Shown here: positions 10,141 to 17,998 of the stretch, one piece after another | How the letters are laid out: each line of letters opens with the position of its first letter | How positions within the stretch are numbered: the stretch's first letter is position 1 | Program-made: the position numbers and the translations under genes | The notes under the pieces: generated by a model | Database searches by the model: none | Seen by the model: the letters and a program-made list of their open reading frames with translations, nothing else | What the model was told of the DNA's origin: nothing | Assembly: GCA_965116875.1 (NCBI GenBank) | Contig: OZ220733.1 | Coordinates: 4,096,001 to 4,160,000 of the forward strand | Length of the DNA: 64,000 bases | Reading direction: 5' to 3' | DNA from: Candidatus Latescibacterota bacterium | GTDB taxonomy: Bacteria; Latescibacterota; UBA2968; GCA-2709665

Positions 10141-11172
10141 ATGGACGCAAGGACCAAACGCAAGATCAGCTGGTACCGATGTCCGCTGGACCGCGAAACG
10201 CTGAATGCCTTGAATCGGCGCAGCGATTTCCTGGGGTTCGTGCAGACTCTGGGCCACCTCGGCGTGCTCACGCTCACCGGAGCGTTCGCCTGGTATGCAT
10301 CTGAGCATCTTGGGCCGCCTTTCCTGATCCTGGCCCTGTTCCTCCACGGGACCGGGTACGCGTTTCTGTTGAACGGGTTTCACGAGTTCTGTCACGGGAC
10401 GGTATTCAGATCGAAGTGGTTGAACGTGGTGTTTCTCAAGGTGTTCAGTTTCATGGGCTGGTACAATCCCGTATTCTTCTGGACCAGCCATTCCAAGCAC
10501 CACCAGTACACCCTCCATCCTCCCGACGATATGGAGGTTGTCCTGCCGGTGGAGATTACGCTCAAGAGCTTTCTCAAGGCCGCGGTCGTCAATCCCTGGG
10601 GTCTGTACAACAGGCTGAAGGGCGTGGTCCGGCTGAGCCTGGGCCGTCTGGAGGGTCCCTGGGAGCGCGTGCTGTTTCCGGAGTCGGAGCCCGCTCTTCG
10701 GCGCCGCCTGTTCAACTGGGCCAGAATCCTGCTGGTTGGGCACGCGGTGCTTGCCGGCGTATCGCTCTTTTTCGGATTGTGGATGCTTCCGTTGCTGGTC
10801 ACGCTTGCGCCGTTCTACGGCGGATGGCTGCTCTTCCTCTGCAACAACACGCAGCACGTGGGACTTCAGGACAATGTCCCCGACTTCCGATTGAACAGCC
10901 GGACGGTCATTCTCAACCCGTTGTTCCGGTTCCTCTATTGGCATATGAACTACCACATCGAACATCATATGTACGCCGCGGTACCCTGCTATCGCCTGGG
11001 GAAGCTGCACAAATCGATCGTGGCGGACATGCCCCGGTGTCACGTCGGGCTCGTCTCCTGCTGGAAGGAAATTATCGGCATTTTGAGAAAGCAGAAGGCG
11101 GACTCCGGATACCAGTTTGTGGCTGAACTGCCCGTACGGGTTGACGTTGCGGAGCCAAAGCCAGCGGATTGA
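10141..11172 (+). CDS. Membrane di-iron fatty-acid-desaturase-family protein (MocD-like oxygenase)
   Basis: Three His boxes HEFCH, HSKHH, YHIEHH; hydrophobic segments; ATG 10141 after ggag. Confidence 0.85.
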   Translation: MDARTKRKISWYRCPLDRETLNALNRRSDFLGFVQTLGHLGVLTLTGAFAWYASEHLGPPFLILALFLHGTGYAFLLNGFHEFCHGTVFRSKWLNVVFLKVFSFMGWYNPVFFWTSHSKHHQYTLHPPDDMEVVLPVEITLKSFLKAAVVNPWGLYNRLKGVVRLSLGRLEGPWERVLFPESEPALRRRLFNWARILLVGHAVLAGVSLFFGLWMLPLLVTLAPFYGGWLLFLCNNTQHVGLQDNVPDFRLNSRTVILNPLFRFLYWHMNYHIEHHMYAAVPCYRLGKLHKSIVADMPRCHVGLVSCWKEIIGILRKQKADSGYQFVAELPVRVDVAEPKPAD

Positions 11173-11207
11173 CGCCCTCCGTTTCTTTCGTCCCCTTGAA
11201 GGAGTCG

Positions 11208-12410
11208 ATGACTTCCGTGGCCGACCGACCGAAGATCGCCGCCGTCGTTACCGAGTACCGCAAGTACTCCCACGCCCAGCACATCTGCGACCGCTTCCTC
11301 GAGGGGTACGGCTGGAACGGCAGACACCACCGCCCGCGGATGGACCTGGTTTCGCTGTACGTGGACCAGCGGCCCGAAGGCGATCTGAGCGCGGAGCGGG
11401 CAGCCCGCTTCCCCGGCCTGTCGATCTTTCCAACGGTCGCGGACGCGCTGACCCTTGGCGGACCCGACCTGGCCGTGGACGGTGTATTGCTCGTCGGCGA
11501 GCACGGGGAATACGGCACCAATGAAAAGGGTCAGCACCTCTATCCGCGTTACGAGCTGTTCAGGCAGATCGTCGCCGTATACCGCACCTCGGGCAGGAGC
11601 GCGCCGGTCTTCAATGACAAGCACCTGTCGTGGCGATGGAAATGGGCACGTGAGATGTACGATATTTCACAGGAGATGGGTTTCGCATTTATGGCGGGTT
11701 CGTCGCTCCCCGTGACCTGGCGTACGCCCTCCATCGACATGCCGCTGGGCGCCCGCGTGACCGAAGCCATGTGCATCGGTTACGGCGGGGTGGACAGCTA
11801 CGATTTCCACGCCCTGGAGACGCTGCAGTGCATGGTCGAGCGGCGCCGTGGAGGCGAGACGGGCGTGCGCTGGATCGACACCTACCGCGGCGAACGCTTC
11901 TGGGAGGCCCATCATGGCCCGGTATGGTCGCGGGAGTTGTTCGAAGCCTGTCTGTCTCGCAGCCATACGCTGGCGCAGCCGCGTCCCGGTTTCAGTCACG
12001 TGTTACCGACTCTGGATGAAATGAAGTCGCTCGAGGATGACCCCGTTGCCTACCGGTACGAACACAACGACGGCCTGATATCCACGATGATTCTGCTCAA
12101 CGGCGTGGTGAGGGACTTCAATTTCGCCGCGCACCTGCCGGGAAGGGACAAACCCCTGTCCACACAGATGTACCTGCCGATGCCGCCCGCGTACACAACG
12201 CTCGCGAATTTCTTCTCGCCCCAGGTCAACAACGTGGAGCGGATGTTCCTCACCGGAAAGGCCACGTACCCCGTGGAGCGGACCCTGCTCACCACCGGAC
12301 TTGTGGCCGCGGGCGTGGACAGCCTGAACCGGGAACAGACCCGCGTCCAGACGCCGCACCTCGACGTGACGTACTCGCCCAATCCCGAATCGACCTACTG
12401 GAGAACGTAA
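11208..12410 (+). CDS. Uncharacterised protein, paralog 1 (possible Gfo/Idh/MocA-like fold)
   Basis: Long ORF after aaggag; shares GEHGEY, LYPRYE, PVFNDKHLS, AGSSLPV, HALE..QCMVERR.GETGV, YPxERTL with next ORF. Confidence 0.8.
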   Translation: MTSVADRPKIAAVVTEYRKYSHAQHICDRFLEGYGWNGRHHRPRMDLVSLYVDQRPEGDLSAERAARFPGLSIFPTVADALTLGGPDLAVDGVLLVGEHGEYGTNEKGQHLYPRYELFRQIVAVYRTSGRSAPVFNDKHLSWRWKWAREMYDISQEMGFAFMAGSSLPVTWRTPSIDMPLGARVTEAMCIGYGGVDSYDFHALETLQCMVERRRGGETGVRWIDTYRGERFWEAHHGPVWSRELFEACLSRSHTLAQPRPGFSHVLPTLDEMKSLEDDPVAYRYEHNDGLISTMILLNGVVRDFNFAAHLPGRDKPLSTQMYLPMPPAYTTLANFFSPQVNNVERMFLTGKATYPVERTLLTTGLVAAGVDSLNREQTRVQTPHLDVTYSPNPESTYWRT

Positions 12411-13625
12411 GTGGCTCGTCCCGAAGAACAGAGCGTGCCGGGCGCCGCTCCAACGCGCCTCGCCGTCATCGCCACCATATATCGCTACCTCTCCCACGCA
12501 CAACACATCGCGGACCGGTTCGTGGTGGGGTATCCGTATGAAGGACAGTGGCGGCGGCCCAACATGCGCATCGCGTCGCTCTACGTGGACCAGAAGCCTG
12601 AGGGCGACCAGAGCGAAGACCGCGCGAGGGAGTTCGGATTTGACGTTTACGACACGATATCCGGGGCCCTGCGCTGCGGCGGAGATCGGCTGGCCGTGGA
12701 TGCCGTGCTGATCATTGGAGAGCACGGGGAGTACCCGAGTAACGACAGGGGGCAGAAACTCTATCCAAGGTATGAGTTCTACAGGGAATGCGTCGATGTC
12801 TTCGAACAGGACGGAGTTGCGGTGCCGGTGTTCAACGACAAGCACCTCTCCTACAGCTTCGACAAAGCCCGCGAGATGGTTGCGGATTCCCGCCGCCTCG
12901 GATTCCCGCTTCTGGCAGGGTCGTCGCTGCCTGTTTCGTACAGACTACCCGACGTGGAGTTGCCGCTGGAATGCGGGATTCGCGAGGCCCTGATGGTTGG
13001 GGTGGGCGGCTCCGACGCGATGGACTACCACGCGCTGGAGGCGATGCAATGCATGGTCGAACGCAGGCGGGATGGGGAAACCGGCGTCACGGCCGTACAG
13101 ATGATCGAAGGCGACGCCGTCTGGCGGGCGGGCGAGGAGGGCGGGTGGTCCCGTGACCTGCTCGAGGCGGCCCTTTCGCGCAGCGACACGCCCTGCGGGC
13201 TGCCCGAAGAGGACGGCCGCACCCGGGATCTCCTGGGCGCCGGCGAACTGCCGGGCCTCGCGAAAAATCCCGCGGCGTACTTCATCGAGTACCGCGACGG
13301 TTTAAAGGCTACCCTGCTCATGCTGAACGGGGCCGTGCGCGATTACTGCTTTGCCGCTCGGGTGGACGGATACGACGCCCCGGTGTCCACCCAGTTTCTG
13401 CTGACGCCCACGCCGAACGTCACCTATTCGGCATGCCTGGTCCACAAGATCGTGGAAATGATCGAAAGCGGGGTGGCGCCCTACCCTCCTGAACGCACGC
13501 TCATCGTCTGCGGTATGCTCGAAGCCTGTCTCACTTCCAGGCTGCACGGCGGACGGCGTCTTGAGACTCCTGACGTTGACGTGTCCTACAGCGCGCCCGC
13601 GGAGTCCCACCACGCACGAGCTTGA
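12411..13625 (+). CDS. Uncharacterised protein, paralog 2
   Basis: Abuts paralog 1 and carries the same motif series. Confidence 0.8.
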   Translation: MARPEEQSVPGAAPTRLAVIATIYRYLSHAQHIADRFVVGYPYEGQWRRPNMRIASLYVDQKPEGDQSEDRAREFGFDVYDTISGALRCGGDRLAVDAVLIIGEHGEYPSNDRGQKLYPRYEFYRECVDVFEQDGVAVPVFNDKHLSYSFDKAREMVADSRRLGFPLLAGSSLPVSYRLPDVELPLECGIREALMVGVGGSDAMDYHALEAMQCMVERRRDGETGVTAVQMIEGDAVWRAGEEGGWSRDLLEAALSRSDTPCGLPEEDGRTRDLLGAGELPGLAKNPAAYFIEYRDGLKATLLMLNGAVRDYCFAARVDGYDAPVSTQFLLTPTPNVTYSACLVHKIVEMIESGVAPYPPERTLIVCGMLEACLTSRLHGGRRLETPDVDVSYSAPAESHHARA

Positions 13626-13630
13626 CGACG

Positions 13631-13704
13631 CGTGGTCATTGAGCATGCCTGCATTGAGCTCGGTCCCTGAGCCTGTCGAAGGGTGTCGAAATGTCGAAAT
13701 GCCC
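13631..13704. repeat. Three nested REP-like units
   Basis: cgtggtcattgagcatg[cctgcattgagct[cggtccctgagcctgtcgaaggg]tgtcgaaatg]tcgaaatgccc. Confidence 0.75.
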
Positions 13705-13818
13705 GCATATATGAAACGGGCAGATATTTCCGGGAGTACCATCTGGGCCGAAGAACGTTCACTTTTTTCGCTCCTGGTAACAACATCGTTCATTTGTTGA
13801 AAACGCGGGAGGTTTGCC

Positions 13819-14916
13819 ATGAAAATGCAGGCGTCGGTGCTGTTGGAACCGCTCAAGCCGCTGGTCGTGGAGGACCTGGACCTGGAAGGGCCGAAGCAGG
13901 ACGAAGTCCTGGTTCGCATGGTGGCAAGCGGGGTCTGTCACAGTTGCCTGCACGTCGTGGACGGGGGCTGGAAGGGGTTTCCCATGCCGATGGTGCTGGG
14001 CGATGAAGGGGCGGGTGTGGTGGAGGAGGTGGGCCCTGGCGTGAGGCACGTAAAGCCCGGGGATCACGTGATCCTCTCGTGGTCTCCCACCTGCGGGCGT
14101 TGCCACTACTGCGTTACCGGGCTTTCCCACCTGTGCGAACGCGGCGTGCCGTCCAACGGGGTGTTGATGGACGGCACCTCGAGAATGAAGTTGCGCGGGC
14201 AAACGGTCTACCACTATGGGCCTGCGTGCAGTTTCTCTTCCTATTCAGTGATGCCGGCGTCCTGCGCCGTGCCCATTCGCGAGGATATGCCGCTGGACGT
14301 GGCCGCGCTGATCGGGTGTTCCGTGATGACGGGCGTGGGTTCGGTGATCAACACCGCCGCGGTGACGCCAGGGGCGAGCATGGCGGTATTTGGATCGGGT
14401 GGAATCGGCCTGAACGCGGTCCAGGGTGGAACGCTGGTGCAGGCCCACCCCATCATTGCCGTGGACATCAATCCCGCGAAGCTCGAATACGCGAAGTCGT
14501 TCGGCGCCACTCACACGATCAACGCCGCCGAGGCCGATCCCGTGGAGGCGATCCGGGACCTGACGGGACGGGGGGCCGATTACTCCTTCGTGGCCGTGGG
14601 TGAGCCGCGCGTGATCAACCAGGCCTGGGATTGTCTGGCGTCCAGGGGCCAGTGTGTGCTCATCGGGTTGCCGCCGACCGGTTCCACGGTGACCTTCGAT
14701 ACCGGAAATCTCCAGTCCAACGAGCGGATCATGCGGGGCTCCAAATACGGCAGCGCCAGGACGTGGGACGATTTTCCCCGGATGGTGGAGCTCTATCTGG
14801 CAGGCAAGCTCAAGATCGACGAACTGGTGACGCGCAAATACGGCGTGGATGAAGCGAACGAGGCCTTCGATGCGCTCGTGGCGGGTGAAGTGGCCCGGGG
14901 CCTGATCGTCTTCTGA
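13819..14916 (+). CDS. Zn-dependent alcohol dehydrogenase (MDR, class III-like)
   Basis: GVCHSC, GDEGAG, structural CGRCHYC..C, LIGCSVMTG, GSGGIG; RBS ggagg. Confidence 0.9.
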   Translation: MKMQASVLLEPLKPLVVEDLDLEGPKQDEVLVRMVASGVCHSCLHVVDGGWKGFPMPMVLGDEGAGVVEEVGPGVRHVKPGDHVILSWSPTCGRCHYCVTGLSHLCERGVPSNGVLMDGTSRMKLRGQTVYHYGPACSFSSYSVMPASCAVPIREDMPLDVAALIGCSVMTGVGSVINTAAVTPGASMAVFGSGGIGLNAVQGGTLVQAHPIIAVDINPAKLEYAKSFGATHTINAAEADPVEAIRDLTGRGADYSFVAVGEPRVINQAWDCLASRGQCVLIGLPPTGSTVTFDTGNLQSNERIMRGSKYGSARTWDDFPRMVELYLAGKLKIDELVTRKYGVDEANEAFDALVAGEVARGLIVF

Positions 14917-14939
14917 ACAGGGCGACGCTCAGGAACGGG

Positions 14940-15857
14940 CTATTCGTTGGATCGGTCGTCACGCCAGGACGGCTCGCTCCACGTGTTGTGCCAGTTCCAC
15001 TTCCAGAGGACCCGCTTCGAGGGCAGTTTCACTTCGTATTCCACCCCGGCCGTGAAGGGCAGTACGCGGGTCCTGTGTCCCACGGCCTCCCGAATCCATT
15101 CGATGAACGCGGCCACGTCCGTGACGTCGGGCGGCCACGTCCCGTGCGGGATGGGGTCGGACGCGCGGTCGGTGCGGTAGTGGATGGGTATCAGGAACTC
15201 CGGCTCGATGGCGTCGATGCATTGAAGGAGCTTGTCCGTGCGGTCATCGCCGCCCCATTCCGTCAGACCCATCTTCATGTGGATGAGGTAGGTGACCCTT
15301 CCGCGCAGTTTCTCGAGCGCCCGGTAGGGTTCGGTGAGGTCCCCTGTATGAAGGAATGAGATATTGAGATCCCGGACGGTGACGAGGTATCCGCAGTTGG
15401 GCAGGTCCGGCCTCTGGTTCTCTCCGCTTTCGATGATGTCCACGTGAATGGGGCCGAGGTCCAGTTCGAAGGGTCCGGGAAAGCTGCGGGATTCTCCGCC
15501 GATGTGGCTCAGGTACCGGGGAAAGACCACCTGCACGAGGACCGGGTCCAGTGTTTTGGTGATGGGCAGGTCCCGGTCGAACGCCGCGTCGCGGTATTTT
15601 TCGTCCACGGGCCGGTCGGGGTCGCAGCAACCCGGGCTTACGTAGACTTTCTTGAAGCGATCGCCCTGGCAAAGCCGGCGAAGCGTGCCGGGGTGGCAAT
15701 GATCGAAGTGTTCGTGGCTGATGAAGATATAGTCGAAATCGGGCGAAGCGCCGGTCAGATGCTCTCCGAACAGATAGGGGTCGAAGGCGAAGTTGATCGC
15801 GTCCGTACGGACTTCAAATCCGCCGCAGCCGGTCCATTTGAGAAAAATCGGATCCAT
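14940..15857 (-). CDS. MBL-fold metallo-hydrolase (UlaG-like)
   Basis: FDPY, ISHEHFDH, HTGD, IPIHY. Confidence 0.85.
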   Translation of the reverse strand: MDPIFLKWTGCGGFEVRTDAINFAFDPYLFGEHLTGASPDFDYIFISHEHFDHCHPGTLRRLCQGDRFKKVYVSPGCCDPDRPVDEKYRDAAFDRDLPITKTLDPVLVQVVFPRYLSHIGGESRSFPGPFELDLGPIHVDIIESGENQRPDLPNCGYLVTVRDLNISFLHTGDLTEPYRALEKLRGRVTYLIHMKMGLTEWGGDDRTDKLLQCIDAIEPEFLIPIHYRTDRASDPIPHGTWPPDVTDVAAFIEWIREAVGHRTRVLPFTAGVEYEVKLPSKRVLWKWNWHNTWSEPSWRDDRSNE

Positions 15858-15951
15858 CGAAAACTCACTTCCAAATGGGTTGATTCTGGTTCGTCAAGTC
15901 CGTTATACCCCGAATCTTCGTACATCACCTTTCCATCACTCTCGTCGCGAT

Positions 15952-15976
15952 GTAGGGGCGTCCCTTGTGGGCGCCC
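15952..15976 (+). repeat. GTAG-type REP palindrome
   Basis: GTAG followed by gggcgtccc-ttgt-gggcgccc imperfect hairpin. Confidence 0.65.
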
Positions 15977-16033
15977 GCCCGGACAACATATCGATCGTGA
16001 ATCGGAAAGCAAAGCACGGAATGGGGTGCGCCT

Positions 16034-16612
16034 GTGGCACGTAGCGCTGACCCGCGTTCGTCGCCGGATCGAGCGAAGCCTTCACGCGTTCAGCCCGAGG
16101 GAACCCAATCCTCTCGCACGATTGCCCTCTTCGTCTACGGTACGCTGAAACGGGGGTATTCGAACCACGACGGTTACTGTCGCGGCGTGCTGGCGATCGA
16201 AGACGCGCTCGTTCGCGGGCAACTCTATATCCGTCCCGATCGCATCCCGTTCCTGGAGGTCCCCGAACCGGATATCCTGGCAACGGGAACCGCCGACCCC
16301 GTGGCAGACGCGGCCACGCAGCAATGCCTTGCAGGCGACATTGAATCCCGGCGATTGGCGGAATGCCCGCCCGATCCGCCGGTGAGCGGCCGAGGCGTCG
16401 TGAGCGGGGAAATGCTCGTTTTCGACGATCCCGAGGCCCGCCTGCCCGCCCTCGACCGCCTGGAAGCCTTCCGTCCCGGCGGTCGTAGTCTTTATCGCCG
16501 GGTACTCGTGCCGGTACGGGTGAAAGATTCGTTCACTGCCGCCTGGACATACGCGGTGGAGACGAGACCGCCCGATTGGCCGAGACTGGAATCGGATCGT
16601 TGGACGGGGTGA
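16034..16612 (+). CDS. Gamma-glutamylcyclotransferase (AIG2-like) family protein (start uncertain)
   Basis: LFVYGTLKRG.NH, V.GE, LDRLE, YRRVLV, AWTY. Confidence 0.8.
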   Translation: MARSADPRSSPDRAKPSRVQPEGTQSSRTIALFVYGTLKRGYSNHDGYCRGVLAIEDALVRGQLYIRPDRIPFLEVPEPDILATGTADPVADAATQQCLAGDIESRRLAECPPDPPVSGRGVVSGEMLVFDDPEARLPALDRLEAFRPGGRSLYRRVLVPVRVKDSFTAAWTYAVETRPPDWPRLESDRWTG

Positions 16613-16842
16613 CAGGCAGGTCAATATGTGCACCGTCATCAATGAACCGGTTGAGGTACACAACACCCCGTGCCTGGCGCAGCTATCAACGGTAAAGGAA
16701 ATCCCATAAGAGTCATTGCAGTCCGGCCTGCAACGCGCTTGAGATTACTCGGATTCCTGAAATGAATGGATGAGATTTCGAATTACACGCGGACGTCAGT
16801 TCGTTGGGTATCAGGGAGCGGTTGCAGCAGCAGGAACACCAC

Positions 16843-16879
16843 TTGACTCAGGAATTACTTAGCTATATATTTAGCTAAG
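16843..16879 (+). promoter_or_regulatory. Sigma70 promoter with overlapping palindromic operator of the Phd/VapC module
   Basis: TTGACT(16843)-17 bp-TATATT(16866); the -10 is the spacer of the perfect inverted repeat CTTAGCTA-N6-TAGCTAAG. Confidence 0.75.
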
Positions 16880-16913
16880 AATGGAAATCGGCCTGAATCC
16901 ATGGAGTCACACG

Positions 16914-17147
16914 ATGTCGGCAGTAAACGTACATGAGGCCAAAACTCAACTTTCCCGCCTTCTGGCGAGGGTGGAGGCAGGTGAGGTCGTCGTGATTGCT
17001 CGCAACGGTACCCCGATTGCGCGTCTCGTGCCCTATGAGAATCGTCCCGGGATCCGGCGTTTTGGCGCCTTGAAGGGTCGGGTTGTCGTCGACGACAGCT
17101 TCTTCGAGCCGCTTCCGGAAAAGGAACTGGCCGCCTGGGGGGGGTGA
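16914..17147 (+). CDS. Phd/YefM family antitoxin
   Basis: VNVHEAKTQLSRLL..VEAGE.VVIARNG.PIARLVP. Confidence 0.9.
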   Translation: MSAVNVHEAKTQLSRLLARVEAGEVVVIARNGTPIARLVPYENRPGIRRFGALKGRVVVDDSFFEPLPEKELAAWGG

Positions 17148-17151
17148 TTGC

Positions 17152-17538
17152 ATGCGTATTCTACTTGATACCCATGCCTTTCTGTGGTGGCTCGCAGGCA
17201 GCGATCGACTGTCGGGCGTTGCCCACGATACAATCGCCGACCCTGGTAACGATATCCTTATCAGCGCGGCGTCCGCCTGGGAGATTACAACGAAGCATCG
17301 TCTCGGGAAGCTTCCGGGAGCCGACGTGGTAGTACATGACGTCGCCGGCTGTATTGCGAGCCAGGGATTTCAGGAGTTGCCAATAACCGTCCGCAATGGC
17401 GAGCGTGCGGGGCGTCTGCCTGGACCGCATCGGGATCCATTCGACCGAATGTTAATTGTGCAGGCTCTGGTCTTCGATCTCCCCCTCGTTTCAGTCGAGG
17501 CGCTTTTTGACCGCTATGGCGTCAACCGTATCTGGTAA
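17152..17538 (+). CDS. VapC family PIN-domain toxin
   Basis: MRILLDTHAFLWW, SAASAWEI, HRDPFDRMLI.QA. Confidence 0.9.
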   Translation: MRILLDTHAFLWWLAGSDRLSGVAHDTIADPGNDILISAASAWEITTKHRLGKLPGADVVVHDVAGCIASQGFQELPITVRNGERAGRLPGPHRDPFDRMLIVQALVFDLPLVSVEALFDRYGVNRIW

Positions 17539-17569
17539 CGCCGCCGGATCAAGACCCCGGACACCACCG

Positions 17570-17680
17570 TTGACCCGAGCATCCGACACGCTCATAGACC
17601 GGATGGTCCGAGCAATCGTCGAGGAAGTCGACCCGTAGCATGTGATTCTTCTTGGTTCCCGCGGCAGAGGCGACGAACGG
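17570..17680 (+). pseudogene. Minimal nucleotidyltransferase (MNT antitoxin-like) remnant
   Basis: LIDRMVRAIVEEVDP*HVILLGSRGRGDER: GS-x-x-RGD motif with in-frame TAG, then truncated. Confidence 0.6.
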
Positions 17681-17681
17681 C

Positions 17682-17980
17682 AGGAATCCTGGGATCCTCG
17701 GCGGAACCCCGGTGTTCTCTGTAACCAGGGTCCCGATACGCATCCTGATCGAACATCTGGGGAAACAGGAGACCGTCTCGTCGACTTTCTTGATAGATAC
17801 GCCACGGTGTGAAGTGACCAGGCGATCCAGGTCCTCGAAACCGCAATGGTGGCATTGACCGGTGAATCGGATGAGCTGTCGTTTGACCATTCCCTGCCGT
17901 GACAGCTCGGATTCCGTCAGGGATGTGAATGAGGTCTGTGTCCTGTTTTCCGACGAGGAAATCCTGCTTCAAAACTACTA
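17682..17980 (+). pseudogene. Decayed DUF433 antitoxin plus DUF5615-like PIN toxin pair
   Basis: NPGILGGTPVFSVTRVPIRILIEHL / frameshift / GDRLVDFLDRYATV*SDQAIQVLE; then ATG 17871 with frameshift LSFDHSLP*QL ... VRDV..SDEEIL. Confidence 0.55.
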
Positions 17981-17998
17981 AAATAAGATGGTGACGCG

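Noticed and set aside
8716-13704. Short palindromic repeats as a CRISPR array
   Set aside because: No regular repeat-spacer periodicity and no cas genes; the copies are dispersed or nested
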